64,000 nucleotides of DNA from Candidatus Poribacteria bacterium. GTDB lineage: Bacteria; Poribacteria; WGA-4E; WGA-3G. The notes beneath the pieces are model-generated. The model was not told where the DNA came from. It saw only the letters and a list, made by a program, of their open reading frames with translations, and searched no databases. Of the stretch, positions 51,214 to 60,539 are shown piece by piece; position 1 is the stretch's first letter, and every line of letters starts with the position of its first letter. The DNA lies in the NCBI GenBank assembly GCA_965198235.1, contig OZ240248.1:2816001-2880000 (forward strand), written 5' to 3'. The position numbers and the translations under genes are program-made.

Positions 51214-52230
51214 ATGTTTTTTCGAAAAAAATCGTTCCCTGTAAAAGTCAATCTACTCACTATTGTTTGCTACGTTTTATTCACACTATCCACACTATCG
51301 GTGATGGCACATTCAGGCGGCGAGGTGACATCCAAAAAAACCGAAACGCCTATCACGATTGATGGAATGCTGGATGAGGCGGAGTGGAACGCAATATTTC
51401 AAGAATCTTCACCCTTGCAAGATATTGTCGTAGACCCACGCGATCCGAAACACGCCCAAGAGTGGTATCAAATTATTCCCGGCGGCGGTGCTGGTAGCGA
51501 CACAAATGACGGTGGACTCCGTGTCAGTCGTGGCAAATTCGATGGCGACGACGATTTTCTGGCACGCTGGGCAACGCTATGGGATGATGACTATCTCTAT
51601 TTCGCGTTTGATGTCACCGATGATACCACGCACGCTTACGCCAATGATTTAGCGACTCGCACTGGAGACATTGACGGGATCTGGTTGATATTCGACACTA
51701 AGCACGATGCCCCTGTCTTTGACTTCCCACACCATGAGTTTGATACGAAACACGTCGCCAATAACAGTTCCTATGAAGCAGACGACCATTATTGGATCTT
51801 CGCGCCTGTAACGACTAAAGACACAAGTGCTGCGTGGGCACAATCGTTGAGTGCGGGGAGTGATCCAGAGTTAGGCGAACCCGCTAACGGACACGTCGCA
51901 GGTCAGAAAACCAATAGTGGTTATTCCGCCGAAATGCGTCTGCCTTGGTCGATTTTTGAGCCGTTCTTCGGCGCAGCCATCTCCCCCACAGACGGCTTAG
52001 CCATCGGATTCGACATCACAATCACAGACATCGACGGGGACGCTCCCGGTACGTATGCCGCTCCCCTTGGCGGTGCTGTCGCTTGGTCGAGTGATTTTGA
52101 AAACGACAACAGTCCAGGTGTGCTCGGTGACCTATTCATTTCCACTGAGGTCATCGGCAGTGCAACGTCTGTTGATCCCGTAGGCAAATTGCCAGTGACA
52201 TGGGGTAAGATTAAGCGCGGCTATAAATAG
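51214..52230 (+). CDS. Secreted CBM9/DOMON-like sugar-binding protein with conserved C-terminal motif
   Basis: ITIDGMLDEAEW, LWDDDYLYFAFDVTDD, YSAEMRLPW, IGFDITITDID; ends SVDPVGKLPVTWGKIK. Confidence 0.85.
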   Translation: MFFRKKSFPVKVNLLTIVCYVLFTLSTLSVMAHSGGEVTSKKTETPITIDGMLDEAEWNAIFQESSPLQDIVVDPRDPKHAQEWYQIIPGGGAGSDTNDGGLRVSRGKFDGDDDFLARWATLWDDDYLYFAFDVTDDTTHAYANDLATRTGDIDGIWLIFDTKHDAPVFDFPHHEFDTKHVANNSSYEADDHYWIFAPVTTKDTSAAWAQSLSAGSDPELGEPANGHVAGQKTNSGYSAEMRLPWSIFEPFFGAAISPTDGLAIGFDITITDIDGDAPGTYAAPLGGAVAWSSDFENDNSPGVLGDLFISTEVIGSATSVDPVGKLPVTWGKIKRGYK

Positions 52231-52357
52231 TCCCAAATTAATCGCGATACCTCCTAATTTCCTATACAGAAGATGGGCGGAGATATTCTCCGCCCTCAAC
52301 ATTTCAAAGCAATTCGGTATAAATCTTCCCGATTTCAGCAAAGAATAAAGGGCAAAT

Positions 52358-53713
52358 TCATGAAATTCGCAGCTTTTGTATTTTCCAGCTACCGCGTCTG
52401 AACCAGTATCCTATAAGGAGACACTGCACAATATTTGATACAGCAATTCCCCACCAAATCCCTGTCAGTCCTATCAACTGGGAAAGAACAATCACTAACG
52501 TCAATCCGACCCCGAACTGCGACAGTCCTGTAATCGTCATCGGGGACTTCGTATCTCCCGCACCGTTGAGCGCACGGCCCAGAACACTGGCGACAACCAT
52601 GAACGCAAACGTCGCTGCGAGAAAACGCAAATAAACACTTCCAATTTCCGTGACTTCAGGTTCGTTCGTAAACCAGCCGACGAAGAACTGAGGAATTGTG
52701 AACAGGACAATACCGATGAACGTGACGATGACCGCAGCTAAGATACTACCTAACCGAACGGATTTTTCGGCGCGATCGATACGGTTGGCCCCAATATTTT
52801 GCCCAACCATTGGTGCTACAGCGTTTGAGAAAGCAGTACCAAAATGCATAACAAGACTACGCAGCCGCATACAGATAGCGTAGCCAGCGACGGGGTCGGT
52901 GCCAAAGATAGCGACGACTCGAATAAACAACACACGGGCACCATGCCTCAATAACGCCTGCATGGCACTAAAAATCCCCAAACTCATGATTTGACCCCAC
53001 ATTAAAAGGTTTGGGCGGCGCTCAACATGGCGCAGAGAAATCACACCCCGTCCTTTAAAACAGAGGTAGAGGAGTACAACGATGCCGAGTCCTCGACCAA
53101 TCACCGTCGCATACGCTGAACCAACCACTCCGAGTCGCGGAAATCTCCAGATCCCAAAGATTAACAGTGGATCTAAAACGATGTTAACAATCGACGAAAA
53201 GATCAGGACGATCATCGGTGTTATCGCATCCCCGGCACCGCGGAAAATTGCGGTGAGGGTGCGGGATAGAAACATCGTTACCGCTCCAAGCAGCATCACG
53301 CGAAGGTAGGGAACGCCGAGCGGAATCACCTCCGGCTCGACCCCCATTAACCACAATCCAAATTCAGCTAACGGATAGCCTAAACACCCAATGCCCAGCG
53401 CACATACCACATTAAGCATTAAGGCTTGCATCGCAATATTCTCGCTTTTCACACGCTCCTTGGCACCGAGAAACTGAGACACGAGAATAATTGTCCCCGT
53501 TGAGATGCCGTGGGCAAGAATGCTCACAAGTCGTAGTAAGTTGCCGCCCATAGCGACAGCAACGAGGGCTGCCGGTCCCAGCCGACCGACAAAAATCATA
53601 TCGACTATATTGAACATATCTTGAAGTAATTGGCTAACAAATGTGGGTATAGCCAGTCGTAAAAGGGCTTTTGAAATGCTCCCGCGCGTCAGGTCATGCT
53701 TGGACGTTCTCAT
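52358..53713 (-). CDS. MATE family efflux transporter
   Basis: DMIFVGRLG, RGAGDAITP, NIVLDPLLIFG, GAGDTKSP. Confidence 0.93.
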   Translation of the reverse strand: MRTSKHDLTRGSISKALLRLAIPTFVSQLLQDMFNIVDMIFVGRLGPAALVAVAMGGNLLRLVSILAHGISTGTIILVSQFLGAKERVKSENIAMQALMLNVVCALGIGCLGYPLAEFGLWLMGVEPEVIPLGVPYLRVMLLGAVTMFLSRTLTAIFRGAGDAITPMIVLIFSSIVNIVLDPLLIFGIWRFPRLGVVGSAYATVIGRGLGIVVLLYLCFKGRGVISLRHVERRPNLLMWGQIMSLGIFSAMQALLRHGARVLFIRVVAIFGTDPVAGYAICMRLRSLVMHFGTAFSNAVAPMVGQNIGANRIDRAEKSVRLGSILAAVIVTFIGIVLFTIPQFFVGWFTNEPEVTEIGSVYLRFLAATFAFMVVASVLGRALNGAGDTKSPMTITGLSQFGVGLTLVIVLSQLIGLTGIWWGIAVSNIVQCLLIGYWFRRGSWKIQKLRIS

Positions 53714-53847
53714 ATATTCACCACTAATCGACACTCACCAGGACCTGTTTATGCGGTTTTAAAGACAAACAAACCGGTCAGTAGAAGTCGTATGTTATTC
53801 GACGGATACCGTTAAATGTTAAGGCGAATTATGCGACGCGTGTTACA

Positions 53848-54759
53848 CTATGGCTTCAAATGTTGTTCAAGAAACGCCTTCGTTAATTCTGGGACCTTCG
53901 GATCTCTAAACCAGCCGTGACCGCCGCCTTCTACCTTGTAAAACGTAACCGGGACACCCGCTTCTTCCAAGGCATCCTTCAACAACACGCTCTGCTGGTA
54001 AGGCACAAGCGAATCCTTATCTCCATGGATAATCAGAAAAGGCGAATCATCTTTGGACACATAAGTGATTGGATTCGCTCTTGCTACGCGGTCCTTATGC
54101 TCCTGAATAGGTCCTCCTACCAATTGAGACTCTGGTGAGTCAGGAGCGTCATGCACCAATCCATCTGGAAGGCTTTGCGCGTCCATCTGAAGGAAGTCTG
54201 TAGGACCGAAGTAATCGACCACGGCTTGCACCCGACTGGATACCTTCAGATTCTCACCTACCTCAAATTCCTCCACGTCGCCTGCCGTGCCGAGCATGGC
54301 GACGAGGTGTCCACCAGCGGATGAACCCCACACCGCAAAACGGTTCGGATCAAGGCGGTAGGTTTCTGCATTCGCCCGCAGCCAACGCACAGCAGCTTTC
54401 ACATCCTCGATTTGGGCGGGAAAGATGGCATGCTGACTCAAGCGATAGTTGATGCTCGCTCCCGCATACCCGGCTTTGAGATATTCCTTTGGGATGTAAT
54501 GGGTCTTGTCTCCACCGCGCCAAGCACCGCCGTGTATCCAGATAATGAGTGGTAGGTTTTCTCCCGTCTCTGGAACATATAGGTCGAGTTTTTGTCGTTC
54601 GTGCCCCGTAACATAAGCCAAATCCGAATACACCGTTACACCTTCGGGGACGTTTATAGCCTCAGCGGAATCTCGACGTTGCGCCAGTACCGAAATCGCT
54701 GCTACAAAAAGCAGAATTAAGATAAGTGTGATTATGATCTGCATCATTGGCTTTCGCAT
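53848..54759 (-). CDS. Secreted alpha/beta hydrolase (esterase)
   Basis: HGGAW, GSSAGG, HGDKD, GGGH. Confidence 0.92.
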   Translation of the reverse strand: MRKPMMQIIITLILILLFVAAISVLAQRRDSAEAINVPEGVTVYSDLAYVTGHERQKLDLYVPETGENLPLIIWIHGGAWRGGDKTHYIPKEYLKAGYAGASINYRLSQHAIFPAQIEDVKAAVRWLRANAETYRLDPNRFAVWGSSAGGHLVAMLGTAGDVEEFEVGENLKVSSRVQAVVDYFGPTDFLQMDAQSLPDGLVHDAPDSPESQLVGGPIQEHKDRVARANPITYVSKDDSPFLIIHGDKDSLVPYQQSVLLKDALEEAGVPVTFYKVEGGGHGWFRDPKVPELTKAFLEQHLKP

Positions 54760-55124
54760 TGACTTTCTCCTCCGTTATTGGGGGTTTCGTCTGACCGTTG
54801 TCCGACCGATTCAGAGGACTTTGTGTCTTCGGCAATCATCGCCTCAAGTTCCGTTCTCAACTCTTGGATCTGCGAAATCTTTTCCGACATCTTATCGAAC
54901 ATCTGCTGTTTAGACTTGATACCTTCACCAATGAGAAATGCCGTCGCTTCGGAACGACTGTTAAATTGTCCGGAATCCACGAGTTCGTCGATCCGACTGA
55001 GATCTCCTTCATCAACCCTGACCATCACGACATTATCCCTTTTGCGTTCACCTCTCCCGGGTTTCTGTTTCCTCCGTTTTTCACGGTGACCTCTTCCTTG
55101 CTGTCTTGCCTCATGTTCTGACAT
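54744..55124 (-). CDS. Ribbon-helix-helix (CopG-like) DNA-binding protein with coiled coil
   Basis: VVMVRVDEGDLSRIDELVDSGQFNSRSEA; RBS AAGGAG. Confidence 0.75.
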   Translation of the reverse strand: MSEHEARQQGRGHREKRRKQKPGRGERKRDNVVMVRVDEGDLSRIDELVDSGQFNSRSEATAFLIGEGIKSKQQMFDKMSEKISQIQELRTELEAMIAEDTKSSESVGQRSDETPNNGGESQCESQ

Positions 55125-55511
55125 TGAAAAATCTCCTTTTTCCCTTTTAAATACATATAATTTAATTACGCGTAATTATTATACACTATTATACGTTGGT
55201 TTGTCAAATTAAATTTCTCGTGTAGATTATCTACTCTATAACGTGAGTTCGACATAAGGATTAGAGGAGCCTAATGCGATCTATCACATACTTATCACTG
55301 ATTCGATGGCAGACAGGTCCCCGCACTTTCTTCGGAAACCTGCTATTGCTTCGCAGTGAGAATAGAATATGTGAGGCTTGAAAACTGAAGAACATCCTTG
55401 GCATGTCCATTTCACTCGCGGTCCCATATACTGGTGCGAAACCCAACGTCCTCTCCTTAAATCAAGGTATACAACGTGCCTGCAGGTCACATCCATAATT
55501 CTGAAAACAAT

Positions 55512-55644
55512 AGGACTTACGCAAATTGAACAGAAAAGGGCATATTTCGTTGTATTTAACCCCCTAAAGAATCAACGGTATGAATGCCTTATGGCATTCC
55601 CCGCCCCTTATCAGGGGGACTTTAAGAGAGAATGCGTAAGTCCT
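55512..55644 (-). mobile_element. MITE copy 4
   Basis: Same TIRs; internal CCCCTTATCAGGGGGAC. Confidence 0.85.
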
Positions 55645-55659
55645 AAACAATTAGAAAAA

Positions 55660-55688
55660 TTGACATCGGCTGGAACTTAAGGTATAAT
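55660..55688 (+). promoter_or_regulatory. Perfect-consensus sigma70 promoter
   Basis: TTGACA-17 nt-TATAAT. Confidence 0.85.
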
Positions 55689-55863
55689 GGTTTGCGGTGA
55701 GTGTGGCAATGTTGGTCTCTCCGTCGAGAACCCAGAAGCATTATGGGAGATCTATACCCAACAAAAGAATTCGTAGAGTGGCTTCTACGCCGGTTTGATA
55801 ATTGATGTTTCGGCGCAGTTAAAAACGACACCCACCAATAAATGTCTACATATTTAGGGAGGA

Positions 55864-57360
55864 GTGATGGTAGCAACCGAATCGCATTTCAAACGGTTTA
55901 TCTTTATTTTAATCGACGGGGCACCTTATGAAATCTTTAAAACGTTGATTGAAAACGGTGATCTCCCGAACATCAAGAAATACGTGGTAGATCGTGGTAG
56001 TTTGAATAAAGCGGTCTCCGTCTTCCCGTCAACAACGGGACCCGCCTTTATCCCATTTTTTATGGGATTGTATCCCGGCACGGCAAATATTCCGGGCATC
56101 CGGTGGCTCTCCAAATCAAAATTTCATGCTCCACACCGCTTCAAACGTCCCGGCATCTGTAGTTATATGGGGCTTGACGGGTTGCATTTTGAAGCCGATT
56201 TGCCTCCAGATTTCCCCACTCTGTTTAACTTCTTCTCACCGGTAAGCAACATCTACAATCTTCTCGCTCGCGGGTGTCCACCCTCCAAAAATCTGACGAG
56301 TTGGATTAAACCCTTCATCTATACCTATGCCCACTTTTCGCATCGCTGGCGATTCGTCAATCAGATTGCAGTCCGTCAATTACACAAAGCCGTTGAGGCA
56401 GGCGACAAATTTGTGGTGTGCCTCTTCCCTGCAGTCGATACCTTTTCACATCTCACAGAAATACAATCTCCACAAGTGCTTCAGACTTACCGAGAGATAG
56501 ACACCGCGATTGGAAACCTCATTCATACTTTGCAAAGGGCGAACACCCTCCAAGAGACACTGATTCTGATTACCAGCGACCATGGAATGACCGACACACA
56601 TACACATATTGATGTCCCGCAGCATTTAGACGATGCGGGCTGGCGATGTTTGCATTATCCAAAGATTTGGCGGCAAGGCGCTGTATCCGCCAGCATCGTA
56701 TCAGGAAACGGAATGACACATCTCTATTTTAAAAATAATCCGGATGGGAAGGGATGGGGCGAACGGACACCTTTCGAGCAGCTTCATAAAATGGGGGTCA
56801 TTAGTTCCCTGATTGAATTGGAAGGATTGGGACTTGTCGCAGGGCAGAGCGAAACTGGTGACATTATCGTCCAAAACCGAGGTGGACAGGGAAGAATCTC
56901 CTGTCACCCAGAACACACAGACCGCGGAAATTCACAAAGCATAACGCCTACTTTGAAATGCGTAGACTCGCTGCGCTTCTCTTACGAGTTCACTGGAACG
57001 GACCCGCTTGGATACGGGGTTCACTATGAGAATCTGTCCTCACGGAAAACACTACGTGAAACCTACAACAGTCCGTATCCTGATGGGATCGTTCAATTGT
57101 GGCAGATTTTCAAGAGCGAACGAACGGGCGACCTCGTCCTAAGTGCCGAAAACGGTTATGACTTACGCGCTCGTTATGAAATACCGGAACATCATGCAAC
57201 ACACGGTGCATTAATCGCGGAACATTTGCACATCCCACTCGCAACGAATTACCCAATTGCCGAACAGTACATCCGATCCGTTGATGTCTTTCCAACGGTG
57301 CTAAGCCTATGCGGACATAACGTTGCCGTGCATCACATTGATGGTAGAATCGTCAAGTAA
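55864..57360 (+). CDS. Alkaline phosphatase superfamily nucleotide pyrophosphatase/phosphodiesterase
   Basis: ILIDGA, FPSTTGP, DTFSH, TSDHG, HATHG, DVFPT. Confidence 0.88.
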   Translation: MMVATESHFKRFIFILIDGAPYEIFKTLIENGDLPNIKKYVVDRGSLNKAVSVFPSTTGPAFIPFFMGLYPGTANIPGIRWLSKSKFHAPHRFKRPGICSYMGLDGLHFEADLPPDFPTLFNFFSPVSNIYNLLARGCPPSKNLTSWIKPFIYTYAHFSHRWRFVNQIAVRQLHKAVEAGDKFVVCLFPAVDTFSHLTEIQSPQVLQTYREIDTAIGNLIHTLQRANTLQETLILITSDHGMTDTHTHIDVPQHLDDAGWRCLHYPKIWRQGAVSASIVSGNGMTHLYFKNNPDGKGWGERTPFEQLHKMGVISSLIELEGLGLVAGQSETGDIIVQNRGGQGRISCHPEHTDRGNSQSITPTLKCVDSLRFSYEFTGTDPLGYGVHYENLSSRKTLRETYNSPYPDGIVQLWQIFKSERTGDLVLSAENGYDLRARYEIPEHHATHGALIAEHLHIPLATNYPIAEQYIRSVDVFPTVLSLCGHNVAVHHIDGRIVK

Positions 57361-57568
57361 ACCGAGGTCTCACCACACAAATTTTCAAACCGCGTCTCCA
57401 CCTCTGTAGGAGCGATCTCTGGTCGCGACTGAGGTTTCTATTTTCGCTGGCGAAGGTCTTTAGAAAAACCCACACGCGATTCTTCCTAACCTCGTCAATT
57501 GCAATCACCCTGTCTTAGGAGATTCCCCAACAGATATTTTCTTTCAAACCTACTTTTTTCCAGAATTA

Positions 57569-57596
57569 TGCACCTACTCTCCCTGAATTCGCGTCA
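57569..57596 (+). promoter_or_regulatory. Putative ECF-sigma autoregulatory promoter (second copy 59113..59140)
   Basis: TGCACC-17 nt-CGTCA conserved in both duplicated upstream regions while the spacer diverges. Confidence 0.55.
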
Positions 57597-57709
57597 TTAT
57601 ATAGTGAAGTGAACGGATAGGGTATTCTTGGCTCTTTGTAAGTGTCTCTACCCACGAAACGTGTAATTTGTTACGCTCCCTGATACAACCGTCTTTCTGG
57701 AGACATCAG

Positions 57710-58924
57710 ATGAAAAGCAACGATGTTGAGTTGATCCAACGCACCCTTGCCGGTGATGAGACTGCTTTTGCGAGTTTGATTGAAAAATACCAACGGCAGG
57801 TTCACACGCATGCCCTGCGGCAAATAGGGGACTTCCACATCGCCGAGGATATTACACAGGAGACCTTCCTGCGAGTCTATCAGAACTTGAAAACCCTGAA
57901 TGATCCGACACAGTTTTCAAGGTGGCTTCATGCGATTGTGAATCACCTCTGTATCGCATGGCACCGAAAAAATCGGATGCAGACCGAATCGCTAGAAGAA
58001 ACTCACATCTCGGAAACAGAAAGAGAGGCATATTCCCGATATGTCGCATCAGAACACGAGAAAACATCTGATGAGGCACAACGCGAACTCGTCAAAAAGC
58101 TGCTTGCGAAGTTGAAGGATAGTGACCGAGAGGTTATCACACTCCACTACTTTGAAGAGATGACATCTTCAGAGATAGGCGACTTTTTAGGTGTGTCTGA
58201 AAATACGATTAAGAGCCGACTACACCGGGCGCGACAGCGATTAAAGAAATATCAAGCCCTAATTCAAGAGGTGTTAGACCCTACAATCGAACGGAGACAC
58301 CGTTCCCAACATCCGTCGCAAGGAGAAATCAACATGGCAGAGGAAATGAGAGATGAAGCCAAAATCGAAGCAAGGCTGAAAGAACTACAGCGTCAGATTA
58401 CTGATTTGCAAGAAGAAATTAGGGGTATCGCTGCTGAATCAGACACTTTCCACCCTGATAACATGGAATTTCTTGACCCGGAAAAAAGTGTAGCTCTTAG
58501 GACGCTATGTCGTCTTCCCGATAGTGATGGAAGGGCGATCTCGTGGGGTTATGTCGGCGGCTATCGGACCTCTCCGGGTAAAACGACTGCCCGCGTTGCA
58601 TTCTGGGGCGATAACATCGATAGTTTCCTAACAAAAGCACCAGCCACTGAAATCGTGAACCTTGCAAGTCTCTTCACAAATCCCACTATAGTCGCTGTTT
58701 TAAGGCAATTAGTGGAAGGAAAGAGATCGGTCGCGGATCTGGCAAAAGGGTGTGGTATCTCAGAAAGTGAAATAGAGAAAGCCGTGCAGACATTAATGGA
58801 CGCAACGTTAGTGGCGCGCACGGAAAACGATCTCATCGAACCCAAAAACGATGTCGTCTCCTTTTTTCTGAACTTCGTGAGTATGACAATCGTGCATCTT
58901 GGGCATATCAAATCCGAGAATTAG
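57710..58924 (+). CDS. ECF sigma factor fused to coiled coil and winged-HTH domain (copy 1)
   Basis: AEDITQETFL, FSRWL, TIKSRLHRAR; C-terminal VLRQLVEGKRSVADLAKGCGIS. Confidence 0.9.
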   Translation: MKSNDVELIQRTLAGDETAFASLIEKYQRQVHTHALRQIGDFHIAEDITQETFLRVYQNLKTLNDPTQFSRWLHAIVNHLCIAWHRKNRMQTESLEETHISETEREAYSRYVASEHEKTSDEAQRELVKKLLAKLKDSDREVITLHYFEEMTSSEIGDFLGVSENTIKSRLHRARQRLKKYQALIQEVLDPTIERRHRSQHPSQGEINMAEEMRDEAKIEARLKELQRQITDLQEEIRGIAAESDTFHPDNMEFLDPEKSVALRTLCRLPDSDGRAISWGYVGGYRTSPGKTTARVAFWGDNIDSFLTKAPATEIVNLASLFTNPTIVAVLRQLVEGKRSVADLAKGCGISESEIEKAVQTLMDATLVARTENDLIEPKNDVVSFFLNFVSMTIVHLGHIKSEN

Positions 58925-59257
58925 ACTCGGTTCGGTACTTCAATGGAGTATCCAGAAATTACCGAATCTTAGGTAAATGGACTTCTGTTTTCGCTAACGA
59001 GGTTAGGAAGAACCCACACGCGGTTTTTCCTAACTTTGCCAACTACAACCACCTTGTCTTAGGAAATCCTCCGACAGATATTCCCTTTCAAACCTACTTT
59101 TCTCCAGAATTATGCACCTACTCCCACCTCATTCGCGTCACTATATAGTGAAGCAAATTGATAGGGTGTTTCTTCTGGTTTTGCAAGCGTGCTTAACCGA
59201 GAAACGTGCAAATTGCACACGCTTTCTTGCTGAAAATAGCCTTTCTGGAGATGTGAA

Positions 59258-60445
59258 ATGAAAAGCAACGATGTTGAGTTGATCCAACGCACCCTTGCCG
59301 GTGATGAGACTGCTTTTGCGAGTTTGATTGAAAAATACCAACGGCAGGTTCACACGCATGCCCTGCGGCAAATAGGGGACTTCCACATCGCCGAGGATAT
59401 TACACAGGAGACCTTCCTGCGAGTCTATCAGAACTTGAAAACCCTGAATGATCCGACACAGTTTTCAAGGTGGCTTCATGCGATTGTGAATCACCTCTGT
59501 ATCGCATGGCACCGAAAAAATCGGATGCAGACCGAATCGCTGGAAGAAACTCACATCTCGGAAACAGAAAGAGAGGCATATTCCCGATATGTCGCATCAG
59601 AACACGAGAAAACATCTGATGAGGCACAACGCGAACTCGTCAAAAAGCTGCTTGCGAAGTTGAAGGATAGTGACCGAGAGGTTATCACACTCCACTACTT
59701 TGAAGAGATGACATCTTCAGAGATAGGCGACTTTTTAGGTGTATCGGAAAATACGATTAAAAGTCGGCTACACCGGGCGCGGCAGCGGTTGAAGAAGTAC
59801 GAATTTATGATTCAAGAGGCATTAGACATTACAATAGAAGATAGCCATCGCTCCCAAGACCAGTTGGAAGGAGAAATTATCATGACAGAAGAAACGAGAA
59901 ATGAACCCAAGCACACAGCAAGCCTTGAAGAAATGCAGCGTCAGATTGTTGATTTGCAAGAGCAACTTCGGGTTATTGCAGATGAATCGGATGCTTTTCT
60001 GGACACCGAAAAAAAAGAAGCCATTTCAAAATTATGTCGACTCCCCCATAATGTTGAGAGTCCAATCGCTTGGAGTTACGGGGGTGCCTACCGGACCCCG
60101 TCCGGAAAGAGGTCAAGGCGTTTCTCACTCTGGACGGACAACATTGACAATTTCCTATCCAGAACCCCGGATGCCGCGATTGTAAATCTTGCGAGTATCT
60201 TCGCAAATCCGACGGTTGTCGCTGTTTTAAGACAGTTGGTAGATGAGAAGAAATCGGTTACGGATTTAGCAAACGATTGTGGCATCTCAGAAGGTGAGAT
60301 TGAGCAAGCTGTGGAGACGTTAGTAGACGCAAAATTAGCGGCTTGCACGGAAGATAATCTCATTGAACCCAAAAATGATGCCGTGTTCTACTTCCTGAAT
60401 TTCGTAGGTATGACAAGGGTCCATCTGGATCCAAAAGACCACTAA
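59258..60445 (+). CDS. ECF sigma factor fused to coiled coil and winged-HTH domain (copy 2)
   Basis: Same sigma domain as copy 1; diverged C-terminal wHTH. Confidence 0.9.
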   Translation: MKSNDVELIQRTLAGDETAFASLIEKYQRQVHTHALRQIGDFHIAEDITQETFLRVYQNLKTLNDPTQFSRWLHAIVNHLCIAWHRKNRMQTESLEETHISETEREAYSRYVASEHEKTSDEAQRELVKKLLAKLKDSDREVITLHYFEEMTSSEIGDFLGVSENTIKSRLHRARQRLKKYEFMIQEALDITIEDSHRSQDQLEGEIIMTEETRNEPKHTASLEEMQRQIVDLQEQLRVIADESDAFLDTEKKEAISKLCRLPHNVESPIAWSYGGAYRTPSGKRSRRFSLWTDNIDNFLSRTPDAAIVNLASIFANPTVVAVLRQLVDEKKSVTDLANDCGISEGEIEQAVETLVDAKLAACTEDNLIEPKNDAVFYFLNFVGMTRVHLDPKDH

Positions 60446-60539
60446 TCGCGGTTAATTACTTCGTAAGCGCGATTGCACAAAAGACTGTTACAGCATAACG
60501 GCTTATGTCTACTACTTGATTATCACAAAGGAGTGTTCA

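Larger units (their letters stand above)
57437..60445 (+). repeat. Tandem duplication, unit about 1548 bp (upstream region plus ECF fusion gene)
   Basis: 57710..58194 equals 59258..59742 except one base; upstream and 3' parts homologous but diverged. Confidence 0.9.

Noticed and set aside
55261-55680. Short ORFs between the RHH gene and the phosphodiesterase
   Set aside because: No RBS or family motifs; they overlap a MITE
57710-59742. Near-identical repeats as a DGR template/variable pair
   Set aside because: No reverse transcriptase in the window, both copies are coding, and there is only one difference in the identical block
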